Assembly: GCA_038845975.1 (NCBI GenBank)
Contig: JAWBQF010000019.1
Span: 1 to 49,272 of the forward strand
Direction of reading: 5' to 3'
Length of the DNA stretch: 49,272 nucleotides
Source: Candidatus Methanomethylicia archaeon
GTDB lineage: Archaea > Thermoproteota > Methanomethylicia > CALHIW01
Of the stretch, positions 10,111 through 20,446 are shown piece after piece (position 1 is the stretch's first letter; each line of letters starts with the position of its first letter). Under the pieces are notes generated by a model. The model made no database searches and was not told where the DNA came from. It saw only the letters and a program-made list of their open reading frames with translations. The position numbers and the translations under genes are program-made.

Positions 10111-12060
10111 TTATCGATAAGTTCTAAATATTCTGAAGTTGTAGACTACATCGATTAAGCTAATATTAATATATTCTGAATTAAGCTTAATAATCCCACC
10201 TTTAAGAATGGGTTTAGCCTCGATGGGGAGGTCGTCAATATTCAGAATTAAAACTGTAGCGTTGTATTTCTTAATAATACTATAGATGCCTGTTAAATTC
10301 GTATTTCTTGGAATTGCTACTATTTTCCTATCAGTTATCCAGGCGAAGGCTCTTGATGGACCATGGATGGCTATGATTTCCTCATTATCAATGCTACTCA
10401 TTACCTTATTAGCTAAATCCGTTAGCTGCCTTGTTGATGATTGATTTATTGTTTTTAATACGTCTTGGTATTGATGTGTATGGTATGTTAGGGTTAGAAG
10501 AGCTATGATGAATATAGCTAGCAGTAGATTTAAACCTTTAATTCTGAATGTTCTGGATCCTCTAGTGATTTTAATTCTTACTTGAAGTTTTGAAGATGCT
10601 ATGTTAATTATTGATGATGATGTTAACGTCATCATTATGAATGCTGAGAGGAGAAATCTTCTTTCAAGCCAGCCAAGCGGGAAGTATAATGAGTATAGTA
10701 GCATATGCGAAACTATAAATATTAATGGTATAGCTTTAATCACACTATTTACTTGGGTTAAGTATAGTATTGTTAGTATCATGAATGGAGGGGTTATCCA
10801 TAAATTTACATTCGATATATAGTAGCTTAGTCTATCTACAACATCGATATTAATACTTGAAAGAAAATAGAGAGCAGAAGCTGCCTCCTCTAATGCTAAT
10901 GGATGCTCAAGAAGACCTCTAATGAGAAATAGCTGGGATGCTAGAATTGCAGTAATATAGAATGTTAGAATATACTTATTTTTGCTTCCCCTACTATATT
11001 TAAGGATTGATATGGATAGAATTACTAGAGGAATCCATAAGTGAATTAATCTATAAAACCAGAAACATACGAATATCGATGGGAAAACAATAATTGGAGT
11101 CATAGCATTCATGATTCCATCTCTCCTTAAAAGAATAACGGATGTAATAAGTAGTACTAGTAATGTTATTGATGTCTCAGGACCCCAACATGTATTAAGA
11201 GAATTTAAAGATAAGCCTGCAAGAACGGATTTTCCAATACTGTTTTCGTGAATGGCGTCGATAAGAAATATTATGGTTATAAGCGTGTATAGAATACTTA
11301 GTATTTCAGGACCGAAAAGCATACTTGAAAATAGAGTAAACATCGGATGTACTATATATAGAATGCTTGAAACTATACTTAACCCATTCTTAACAATTCT
11401 CCTCTCAAAATCGATAAGGGGATATATGGTTAGAGTTGATATGAATAAAGCAGTTATATTAGCGGAGATCTGCGATACGCCGCCGAAAAGTAGGAATAAG
11501 GAGATTGTTATAGGTGTTCCTATATGTGCTAAAAAATCATTTAAGATATTTGTTTTGAAAACACCTCTTAAAACAATGTTTCTAGCTATATCACAGTATA
11601 ATGCTCCATCAACAGCAACTGATGAATAGCTGAAGTTCAATATGTAGTAGAGTGATAATGTTATAGATACGATATAGAGTATGGATATAGGCTTCCTGAA
11701 GCTTAAACATAAATCCTTTAAAACCGATATAAGCCTAATTTTGGTTAGAGATAGTGCTAGAAATATTAATGTAGATATTAAAACATATATTTGCATATTG
11801 AATATATTCATCCAAGCCATATATCCGAAACCAATAAGTACGAGTTGTAGTGAAAGCCCGATAATAGCTGAGTAGCCATAGAAAAGATCATTGGGAACAT
11901 TTACATTAAGAATTCTGATTAAAACTCCACCTGGAATAACAATAAATATTAAAACTCCAATAATCATACATAGTGATGATAGCTGAATAAATTGTAAAGT
12001 TATATAGAGAAGCAATAGTGAAAACAATATCAATATATTTTCTAGATATCTATTCACCAT
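10111..12060 (-). CDS. Polytopic membrane protein, probable GT-C fold (ArnT/PMT-like) glycosyltransferase
   Basis: Many hydrophobic helices, DGALYCDIARNI loop motif, ERRFLL and a soluble C-terminal domain. Lies in a glycosylation cluster. Confidence 0.65.
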   Translation of the reverse strand: MVNRYLENILILFSLLLLYITLQFIQLSSLCMIIGVLIFIVIPGGVLIRILNVNVPNDLFYGYSAIIGLSLQLVLIGFGYMAWMNIFNMQIYVLISTLIFLALSLTKIRLISVLKDLCLSFRKPISILYIVSITLSLYYILNFSYSSVAVDGALYCDIARNIVLRGVFKTNILNDFLAHIGTPITISLFLLFGGVSQISANITALFISTLTIYPLIDFERRIVKNGLSIVSSILYIVHPMFTLFSSMLFGPEILSILYTLITIIFLIDAIHENSIGKSVLAGLSLNSLNTCWGPETSITLLVLLITSVILLRRDGIMNAMTPIIVFPSIFVCFWFYRLIHLWIPLVILSISILKYSRGSKNKYILTFYITAILASQLFLIRGLLEHPLALEEAASALYFLSSINIDVVDRLSYYISNVNLWITPPFMILTILYLTQVNSVIKAIPLIFIVSHMLLYSLYFPLGWLERRFLLSAFIMMTLTSSSIINIASSKLQVRIKITRGSRTFRIKGLNLLLAIFIIALLTLTYHTHQYQDVLKTINQSSTRQLTDLANKVMSSIDNEEIIAIHGPSRAFAWITDRKIVAIPRNTNLTGIYSIIKKYNATVLILNIDDLPIEAKPILKGGIIKLNSEYINISLIDVVYNFRIFRTYR

Positions 12061-14407
12061 ATACCACTCTGTAAATTATGTAGTTTGTTTTCCCCTTAAA
12101 ATCAAGCATTTCCAGAAAGCCTACATGTGTATATAGCATTACTTGACCATCCTCATCCTCTCTAACAATAATATCTGTATTCAAACCTCTAAAATATATG
12201 CTGAGGATGTTGTCCCTCTGGCTAAGCGGCACCATAACGGAAACGCTTAACCTAGAATATTTATGGTTAAATACTATATCCGTATGAAAGCCATTACTGA
12301 AAAACACTTCGATACTGAAATCTCTAAACTCGTAAATAGCTCTATTATCTTTAATTATCCAGTTTTTTAAGCTACTTAATGCTACTTCATAGCTTAATAT
12401 TATAAAATTTAACGTGGAGTTCTTAGACTTCACATCATAAACTATACTATTATTAAGTACATTCCTAGCAACTATAAAATCACTAGTTTCTATCCTTCTG
12501 CTCTCCGGTACTTCTTGAATAAATTGAATTCCATTTCTAGAACCTACTATCTTTACTGAGACGTTACCTACAAGTATTATTTCTCTACGTTGAAGCTGCT
12601 TAAGAAAGCTACTTGGCTTTTCATCAACTATATAGCTAACATTAAGATCCCTCAGTAAACTTCTTAAGGACCCCATCCACGGCTTATACTGTGATTTCCT
12701 AGCTGATGAAATTGTTAGTATAATCTCGATATCTAGAGGTTTTACCGAGGTGGATGATATGTTAAGTATGTTACCCAAAGGTTTAACATCTACATTCCCG
12801 CTGGATCTAACCATTAAACTAACCGTATGTTTACCCGTCATCATCATAATGTTACCGTCTTCAACTAGTAGCTCAAAATCACCATGGACCACTAATGGTA
12901 TTTCAATTCTTAATGTAGAGCTAGTATTTGCTGAGTATGTAATGCTTAATGTTGGACTCCATTTACTTAAGGATTCAACCTTTTTTACGGTTAGTAATGG
13001 ATGTTTATAAATTGTCGTTAATAGGAGGAAATCGCTGGTTTCATTTCCATAAACATCAATAATATAGCTATTATGAAGATTTATTGTATTATTAGATATT
13101 GATAATGATATTTCACCATCATTAACGGAAATTAAATTTATATATTCATAACCATCATAGACCTTAACTTTAGATGTGTATTGATATGATATTGGATTCG
13201 TATCATCAACTATAATGTAGCTATTCATAAGCCTATGGTTTGTTGATGTTATTGTATTCATATCAATATCGTAACTATAAATACTCAACATATCCATGCC
13301 TGTTAAAGCCTCAATCCATACGGATAAATTTAATGGAGCAATAACACGGCTACCTATAGGAATTAAATCCCTAATTTCTCTAGATAATTCACGTATACGT
13401 AAACTCTCACTAGAATACAATTTGTAAGATGATGTGAAAACATATGTATTGTATATTGAGGAGAATATGAGGATTGCGATTAGAAGTATTGGTGTTAATC
13501 TATCCAAATCAATATTTACCTCATAAACATCATCCATAACCCTAATACTCTGAATAGATCCTCTATGAAGGGTGGATAGAAGTGAGATTAACGGTATGGC
13601 TGGAATAAGTAGAAGATGATTAATTGTAATTGGAAGAAGTATAATTACTGATATTAGTGGAATTACAGTATATGGTAGGGTATTTCTATAGCTTCTAAAA
13701 GCTAAATACATTCCAGCTATAGTGGAGATAGTAGCTAGTATTATTAATGGGTTGAGCATATTTAGATTTGGAGGCTCTATTATTAACTTATTAGTTAGGC
13801 TATAATATATTGTGAAGATATAGCTTAAAATAAGGCTTGGAAGAAGAATTAAGCTTTTCCTATAATTATAAACTATAAGTAATGTTAAAATAGCTGATGT
13901 TAGAAAACATATTTTTAAGTTGGATAGAAACATTAACAATAATGTAGCTATTAATACAGCTATATAGTGTTTAGATCTTGAAGCGTGTAATTTATAGAGA
14001 GATATTAATAATACTGGTAGTAATAAGAATAATGGAATTTCGCTAACATATTTTAATGGTGTGCTTAGCAGGTTTATTGTTAGAGTTGATGTAAGGAAGG
14101 CGGATATTAAAGCTGTAGATCTGCTCTTAAACAGGTTATACGTAAGGAAATACATTGATAATGGTATTAATGAGTAGAGTAGAGCTACGGTAAGCTTAAT
14201 TGATAATATTAAATTGTAAAATCTTAGAAAGATAGATGATAGAAGTATAATTGGGCTAAATAGGCTATACTCAATACTTTTCGTTAGGAATATAAGCTGT
14301 ATAACGTGGTCTTCAAGCCCAAACGGTAAATCAAGCTGAAAGATAGTTCTCCAGGCAAGAAAGGCTGAGATCAAGCATGGAATTAATGAAATACTATGAT
14401 TCCTCAA
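12050..14407 (-). CDS. Membrane protein with multi-TM N-terminus (GT-C-like) and large extracellular domain
   Basis: PFGLEDH after TM1, about 320 aa of hydrophobic segments, then a beta-rich soluble region. Overlaps the downstream gene by 11 nt. Confidence 0.55.
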   Translation of the reverse strand: MRNHSISLIPCLISAFLAWRTIFQLDLPFGLEDHVIQLIFLTKSIEYSLFSPIILLSSIFLRFYNLILSIKLTVALLYSLIPLSMYFLTYNLFKSRSTALISAFLTSTLTINLLSTPLKYVSEIPLFLLLPVLLISLYKLHASRSKHYIAVLIATLLLMFLSNLKICFLTSAILTLLIVYNYRKSLILLPSLILSYIFTIYYSLTNKLIIEPPNLNMLNPLIILATISTIAGMYLAFRSYRNTLPYTVIPLISVIILLPITINHLLLIPAIPLISLLSTLHRGSIQSIRVMDDVYEVNIDLDRLTPILLIAILIFSSIYNTYVFTSSYKLYSSESLRIRELSREIRDLIPIGSRVIAPLNLSVWIEALTGMDMLSIYSYDIDMNTITSTNHRLMNSYIIVDDTNPISYQYTSKVKVYDGYEYINLISVNDGEISLSISNNTINLHNSYIIDVYGNETSDFLLLTTIYKHPLLTVKKVESLSKWSPTLSITYSANTSSTLRIEIPLVVHGDFELLVEDGNIMMMTGKHTVSLMVRSSGNVDVKPLGNILNISSTSVKPLDIEIILTISSARKSQYKPWMGSLRSLLRDLNVSYIVDEKPSSFLKQLQRREIILVGNVSVKIVGSRNGIQFIQEVPESRRIETSDFIVARNVLNNSIVYDVKSKNSTLNFIILSYEVALSSLKNWIIKDNRAIYEFRDFSIEVFFSNGFHTDIVFNHKYSRLSVSVMVPLSQRDNILSIYFRGLNTDIIVREDEDGQVMLYTHVGFLEMLDFKGKTNYIIYRVVYGE

Positions 14408-14460
14408 TTTAAATGCACCAGAACTAAGTTAGTTAAGATGCTTATAAAAATTGGTGGAAA

Positions 14461-15300
14461 TTAATGGGTATTAACTGCTTTCTGAATATCTAGAAATATT
14501 TTCTCCGCTCTCCTCATAGATGCTTCTAAAGCCTCCATTATGCCTGCTTTCAATCTGTATTTTTCAAGTATGAATAGCCCCTCTATTGTTGTTCCTGCAG
14601 GAGTTGTTATGAGATCGCGTATTTTAGCTGGATGTTCATTAAGCTCAAGAATAAGTTTAGCTGTACCAAGCATTACATATGCTGATATTTTAAGAGCTAA
14701 GTCACCAGGTAACCCTATCTTTAAGCCAGCATCTTTAAGTGCTTCAAGAACTAAAAGAACATATGCTGGACCACTACCATTTAAAGCCGTTAAAGCATTC
14801 ATCAAACACTCATCAACAACAATACATTCACCGACAAGCCTGAACAATTCATAAACAGCCTCAACATCCTTATCGCTAACTCCAGGACCTGGAGATATAG
14901 CCGTAAATGATGAGTTTAACTTAGCAGCTATATTCGGCATCGCACGGAAAATTCTTGCACCAGGAAACATCTCCATAAGGCTACTAATAGATACACCTGC
15001 AGCCACAGATACAAGTATTTTACCGTTTACGAATTCACTAATATCTCTAGCTACAGCTGGAATCTGTAATGGCTTTACAGCTAATATTATAATACCGGAT
15101 TTCCCTACAGCCTCCCTATTGTTTCTTGTAGCTTCAATGTTTAGAAAATGACTAATATAGTCTACTCTAGACTTGGAACGGGCAGTAGCTATAAATCTAC
15201 TATTTGGTAGATGTTTAAGAAAGCCTTTTACAAGAGCTTCCCCAATCTTACCACAACCGATAACAGATATTTTAAGATCCTCACTACATCCTATCTGGAA
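14461..15300 (-). CDS. proC: Pyrroline-5-carboxylate reductase (start codon uncertain)
   Basis: Frame is open from 15300: KISVIGCGKIG, LAVKP, SVAAG, RAMPN, GSGPAY and TPAGTT. The ORF-track start at 15006 omits the Rossmann fold. Confidence 0.9.
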   Translation of the reverse strand, partial: FQIGCSEDLKISVIGCGKIGEALVKGFLKHLPNSRFIATARSKSRVDYISHFLNIEATRNNREAVGKSGIIILAVKPLQIPAVARDISEFVNGKILVSVAAGVSISSLMEMFPGARIFRAMPNIAAKLNSSFTAISPGPGVSDKDVEAVYELFRLVGECIVVDECLMNALTALNGSGPAYVLLVLEALKDAGLKIGLPGDLALKISAYVMLGTAKLILELNEHPAKIRDLITTPAGTTIEGLFILEKYRLKAGIMEALEASMRRAEKIFLDIQKAVNTH

Positions 15301-15534
15301 TCATAACACCTACCAAGCAGAAATCTATATAGCCTAATATAAAGCTTACTATTAGGTTGGTATTAATTTGTAATATGGTAAGCTTAAACTACTAAACATA
15401 GTAAAATAACTTGAATGAAAAATAGCTTGAAGCTATAGTAAACTTTCTACTCAAGTATCTTGTTTATTCATTGATTCCTCATTATAACACGTTTTTGATT
15501 AAAGCAATCAAAATATATACTACTAGAATTTAGA

Positions 15535-16641
15535 TTGTTTGTGGGTAGAGTTTGGTTTGATCTTGTTGCCCCTAAGGATGTATTATATTTTGAAAGGGCT
15601 ATTAATAAGTTGAAGCTGAATGGATGTGAGGTATTGGTAACATCTAGAAGATATTATGAATTGCTTCAGTTATGTAGGTTAAGAAGGATTAAAAGCATAG
15701 TTATTGGAAGACATGGAGGACCTGAACTAATAGGTAAGCTGTTAGCTAGTACTAGGAGGATTTTAAAGCTTACAGATGTTGTTTACAGGTTTAAGCCTAA
15801 AGTAGCGGTTTCATTCGCATCACCTGAAGCTGCAAGAGTAGCATTTGGACTTAATATTCCACATATATGTGTTAATGATACGCCCAATGCTGAAGCCGTT
15901 GCTAGACTTACTCTTCCACTATCATCAAAGCTTATCACACCATCAATAATAAGTAGGGATGTTTGGGTTAGATATGGGATAAGTGGGGAGAATATAGTAT
16001 CCTATAATTCGCTGGATCCTATTGCATGGATTAAGACATTTAAACCTAAAAAGACAGTTCTAAAAGCTCTTGGGTTGGATATGAGTAAGCCAATAATCAT
16101 ATTAAGACCTGAGGAAACGTTTGCGTCCTACCTTATTGGGATTGTGGACTTGAAAAATATTTACTTAGCTCCATTAATAAGGGATCTTCTGGAAAGGCTT
16201 AGTAGTATACAGGTAGTGGTTATTCCAAGATATCCTGAACAAAGAGAAGCATACTGTAAGCTTATTAATAGATTAACATTAGGTAAAGGGAATAGAATTA
16301 TAATTACTGATAGGGTTCTAGATGCTCAGAGCCTCATATACTATTCTAGTGTTTTTATAGGTGCTGGTGGAACGATGAGTTGTGAATCATCACTTCTAGG
16401 AACACCTACAATTTCATGCTATCCAGCAGAGCCGACAATAATTGATAAATACCTAATAGATTTAGGGCTACTTAAAAGGACTTCTGTAGTCGAGGCTGTA
16501 GATCATGTTGAAAAGATGTTTTCAGAGGATATAGTTAAAGTTAAGAGGAAACTTAGGATTAAGGCTAGAAGGATAATATTGGAAATGGAGGATCCTATTG
16601 AGGCTCTCTTAAAATGTATTCATCAATACTTAAACCATTAA
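15535..16641 (+). CDS. DUF354 / COG1817 predicted glycosyltransferase
   Basis: [24 protein letters not shown] and [16 protein letters not shown]. Confidence 0.85.
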   Translation: MFVGRVWFDLVAPKDVLYFERAINKLKLNGCEVLVTSRRYYELLQLCRLRRIKSIVIGRHGGPELIGKLLASTRRILKLTDVVYRFKPKVAVSFASPEAARVAFGLNIPHICVNDTPNAEAVARLTLPLSSKLITPSIISRDVWVRYGISGENIVSYNSLDPIAWIKTFKPKKTVLKALGLDMSKPIIILRPEETFASYLIGIVDLKNIYLAPLIRDLLERLSSIQVVVIPRYPEQREAYCKLINRLTLGKGNRIIITDRVLDAQSLIYYSSVFIGAGGTMSCESSLLGTPTISCYPAEPTIIDKYLIDLGLLKRTSVVEAVDHVEKMFSEDIVKVKRKLRIKARRIILEMEDPIEALLKCIHQYLNH

Positions 16642-16717
16642 GAACACCGTAGAGTTCATATTTGTAATTTCAGGTTCTTATTTAAAGCTTATAAGATCTT
16701 ATCCTATTACTTCCAGT

Positions 16718-18856
16718 ATGGCTGGAGAAGTAAAGTTAATTGTTAGTGAAGCTTACCAACGGGATGTTGGTAGGAAGATTGTTAGGATTCCATATAACGT
16801 TATGGAGAAGCTTAATATTAGTAGCGGAGATATTGTTGAAATTAAGGGTAAGAAGACAACATGTGCTATTGCCTGGCCTCTAAGCTCTGGGGAGGTAGGC
16901 GATAATATTATACGTATGGATGGAGGATTAAGGAAGAATGCAGGCGTGGCTTTAAATGAGTATGTTTCAATTAGAAGAGCTGATGTTAAAAATGCATCTG
17001 TAATCTCCCTAGCTCCTACTGATGTTAGGTTAAGCTATGTTGATGATGAGTTTATAAGTTATGTTAGAGATAAACTACTAGATAAACCAATAGTAGCTGG
17101 GGAAATCGTACCAATTCAGGTTTTTGGGGGTGAGACACTACATTTAACAGTTGTTCAAACAAGACCTGGAGGAGTTGTTATTGTTAGGGAGGATACTAAG
17201 CTTGAAATAGAGGAGAAGCCTACAGAAGCTAGAGTTGTTCCAAGAGTTACTTATGAGGATATCGGTGGGCTTAAAGAGGCAATACAGAGAATTAGGGAGA
17301 TGGTTGAGCTTCCATTAAGACATCCCGAGCTTTTTGAGAGACTTGGTATAGAGCCTCCTAAGGGCGTACTATTATATGGTCCTCCTGGATGTGGGAAGAC
17401 TCTTCTAGCTAAGGCTGTTGCTAACGAGGCTGATGCTAACTTCCTAACTATTAATGGACCTGAAATAATGAGTAAATTCTATGGTGAAAGCGAGGAAAGG
17501 CTAAGACAAGTATTTAAGGAAGCACAGGAGAAGGCACCAAGCATTGTGTTTATTGATGAAGTTGATGCGATAGCTCCTAAGAGGGAGGAGGTTCATGGAG
17601 AAGTTGAGAGGAGAGTTGTTGCTCAGCTATTAACATTAATGGATGGTTTACAGTCTAGGGGACAAGTTATTGTTATAGCAGCAACAAATGTACCGAATAT
17701 ACTTGATCCAGCATTAAGGAGACCTGGAAGATTTGATAGAGAGATTGAAATTGGAATTCCTGATAAGAATGGAAGGCTTGAAATCTTACAGATACATACA
17801 AGAGGTATGCCTCTAGCTCAGGATGTTGATTTAAAACATCTTGCTGAGATAACTCATGGCTATACTGGAGCTGATTTGGCGGCATTATGTAGGGAGGCAG
17901 CTATGAAGGCTTTAAGAAGATACTTACCTGAAATAAATCTTGAGGAGAAAAGAATACCGCAACATATACTTGAGAAGATGGAGGTCAGAATGGATGATTT
18001 CATGAATGCATATAGAGAAATAATTCCAACAGCTATGAGGGAGGTTTACGTAGAAGTTCCAGCAGTACATTGGGATGATGTTGGAGGACTTGAGGATGTT
18101 AAACAGCAATTAAGGGAAATGGTTGAATGGCCATTAAAGAAGCCGGAGAAATTCAAGAGAATGGGGATAAAACCACCTAAAGGCGTACTATTATATGGTC
18201 CTCCTGGATGTGGGAAAACATTAATTGCAAGAGCTGTAGCAACTGAAAGTGAGGCGAACTTCATATCTATTAAGGGACCTGAAGTATTTAGTAAGTGGGT
18301 TGGTGAAAGTGAGAGAGCTATACGTGAAGTATTTAGAAAGGCTAGAATGGCGGCTCCAGTAGTAGTATTTATTGATGAAGTAGATTCCATAGCTCCTAGA
18401 AGAGGATTTGGATACTCAGATTCTGGAGTTACTGAAAGAGTTGTAAGTCAGCTACTAACTGAAATGGACGGTCTTATAGCTATGGAGAACATAGTTGTAC
18501 TAGCAGCAACAAATAAACCTGAAATACTTGATCCAGCATTAATGAGACCTGGAAGATTTGATAGATTAATTTATATTCCACCACCAGATGAAAATGCAAG
18601 ACTACAAATACTTAAAGTACATACTAGAAATATGCCTTTAAACAATGTAGATCTTGAAGAAATAGCTAAAAACACTAATGGATATTCTGGAGCTGATCTT
18701 GAAGCATTATGTCGCGAAGCAGCTATGAATGCATTAAGAAGAGATTCTGAAAAAATTGAAGTAAAAGACTTTAATGAAGCCTTAAAGAAAATAAAGCCAA
18801 GTATTAAAAGAGAAGATTTAGAGAGATACAAAAGATTTATTGAGGAAGTTGGTTAG
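16718..18856 (+). CDS. cdc48: CDC48/VAT-family AAA+ ATPase
   Basis: N-domain ([10 protein letters not shown]), two AAA modules with [14 protein letters not shown] and RPGRFDR. Confidence 0.97.
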   Translation: MAGEVKLIVSEAYQRDVGRKIVRIPYNVMEKLNISSGDIVEIKGKKTTCAIAWPLSSGEVGDNIIRMDGGLRKNAGVALNEYVSIRRADVKNASVISLAPTDVRLSYVDDEFISYVRDKLLDKPIVAGEIVPIQVFGGETLHLTVVQTRPGGVVIVREDTKLEIEEKPTEARVVPRVTYEDIGGLKEAIQRIREMVELPLRHPELFERLGIEPPKGVLLYGPPGCGKTLLAKAVANEADANFLTINGPEIMSKFYGESEERLRQVFKEAQEKAPSIVFIDEVDAIAPKREEVHGEVERRVVAQLLTLMDGLQSRGQVIVIAATNVPNILDPALRRPGRFDREIEIGIPDKNGRLEILQIHTRGMPLAQDVDLKHLAEITHGYTGADLAALCREAAMKALRRYLPEINLEEKRIPQHILEKMEVRMDDFMNAYREIIPTAMREVYVEVPAVHWDDVGGLEDVKQQLREMVEWPLKKPEKFKRMGIKPPKGVLLYGPPGCGKTLIARAVATESEANFISIKGPEVFSKWVGESERAIREVFRKARMAAPVVVFIDEVDSIAPRRGFGYSDSGVTERVVSQLLTEMDGLIAMENIVVLAATNKPEILDPALMRPGRFDRLIYIPPPDENARLQILKVHTRNMPLNNVDLEEIAKNTNGYSGADLEALCREAAMNALRRDSEKIEVKDFNEALKKIKPSIKREDLERYKRFIEEVG

Positions 18857-18973
18857 TAACTATTAAAATATTTTAACATTCTATTAATACTTAATGGAGA
18901 TGAATAAAGGAAACTAAAAATAGTTTAAAGTATAGACCATTAGAATATATATGAATGAATTACTAATAATTCT

Positions 18974-19672
18974 TTAGCTACATATTAAACCAGTACTAAT
19001 TATTTTCTCTACTTCCTCAATATCTTTATGTGTATCTATACTTTTCCATATTACTTCATGATATTTAACTGCTTTAAGCTTATTTTCACGTGCAAGCTGC
19101 GGAAAAGCTGTCTTTTCAATATCTCCCTTATTGGGTAGATAGTTAAAAATATCTGGTTTAAATACATAAACTCCAGCATTTATCCAGTAATCTAATATTT
19201 GAGGTTTCTCACTAAAGGATTTTACAAAATTACCATTATTAACCTTAACAATACCGTAAGGAGACGGTAGAGGTATAAGAGCAATTACTCCTACCGTAGA
19301 GCTATCAAATACTTTAAGAAGCTCTATTGGGTTTAAATTTGTGATTACATCACCATTTACAACATAGAAAAATTCCTCACCCTTAAGAAGATACTCAGCA
19401 TTTTTTAAACCACCACCAGTTCCTAGAGGCTCATCTTCAACAACATATGCAACCTTAACCATAAAGCTTCTACCACTTCCAATCTCCTCAATAAATTTCT
19501 CCTTTAAATGACTTACACATATTATGAATTCCTCAACACCGAATTTTTTAAGCCACTCCATTTGATAAGCTATAATTGGCTTACTATGAATTCTAATTAG
19601 AGGTTTAGGTATTGTTTCAGTAATTGGCCTTAAACGTTTACCTTGACCGCCAGCAAGAATAACAGCTTTCAC
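18974..19672 (-). CDS. Sugar-phosphate nucleotidyltransferase
   Basis: Probable GTG start at VKAVILAGGQGKRLRP..PKPL. Also EPLGTGG, VNGD and INAGVY. The ORF-track N-terminal extension looks spurious. Confidence 0.9.
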   Translation of the reverse strand: MKAVILAGGQGKRLRPITETIPKPLIRIHSKPIIAYQMEWLKKFGVEEFIICVSHLKEKFIEEIGSGRSFMVKVAYVVEDEPLGTGGGLKNAEYLLKGEEFFYVVNGDVITNLNPIELLKVFDSSTVGVIALIPLPSPYGIVKVNNGNFVKSFSEKPQILDYWINAGVYVFKPDIFNYLPNKGDIEKTAFPQLARENKLKAVKYHEVIWKSIDTHKDIEEVEKIISTGLICS

Positions 19673-20008
19673 ATAAATAAGATACAATAGATACTTAAAT
19701 TTATTTAGCTTCAGGTAAATAATTCTGAATATTAGTTTCAAGATAATGTAAAGCATTAATAATTGAGATTGTTTAAAGCCTAAACTAAATTTAGTCATTT
19801 AAATGTTATGTAAGAATTAAAGAAACTACAATTCTTACAGTATTCTACTATTAGATGTAAGACCTAGAAATGTTATATACTGTAAAGCTATTTCCTCTAT
19901 ATACATTCAGAGATATAATGTTTCTGTATTTATGTTTAAATGCTAAGGAGGAAATGCAGAGAATTAAACTAATCGAAACCTATATATTACTAATGCTTTA
20001 AATATTTT

Positions 20009-20446
20009 ATGGAGGGAAGGCAGGGAAGTTATGTATGTCCATACTGTGGCTTTACATGTTTTAGTAGTACTGTTCTTAAAACACACTTAAAGGGGCATGG
20101 ATTTAAAGAAGAAGTCAATTTGAAAATGAATGAATATGAATTGGAAAAACATTGGAAAGCCTCTCTTGATGTTTTAACAATTTTTCGAGATATGACTGTA
20201 CATTTAACAACAGTTGATGGTGTAGAATATATTGGAGTACTCACATCAATTGGTAAAGATACAGTTATACTTAGTACAGCATATTTAAAGAGAAATAATG
20301 AACTATATAAGGCTGGAAAATTAAAAATTGAGAAGAATAGGATTTCACATATAGGTTTCTATAATGGAGAAGCAAAGATAAAAGCAGATAGGAATAGCTT
20401 TCTACATAGAATAGTTAATCTATTTAGAAGTATTTTTAGATCGTGA
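20009..20446 (+). CDS. Hypothetical protein: C2H2 zinc finger plus Sm/LSm-like domain
   Basis: YVCPYCGFTCFSSTVLKTHLKGH, then VHLTTVDGVEYIGVLTSIGKDTVILSTA...KLKIEKNRISHI (Sm1/Sm2-like). Confidence 0.6.
   Translation: MEGRQGSYVCPYCGFTCFSSTVLKTHLKGHGFKEEVNLKMNEYELEKHWKASLDVLTIFRDMTVHLTTVDGVEYIGVLTSIGKDTVILSTAYLKRNNELYKAGKLKIEKNRISHIGFYNGEAKIKADRNSFLHRIVNLFRSIFRS

Noticed and set aside
19673-19798. Hydrophobic N-terminal extension of the nucleotidyltransferase
   Set aside because: The family motif begins at GTG 19672, and the extension spans the probable TATA box.
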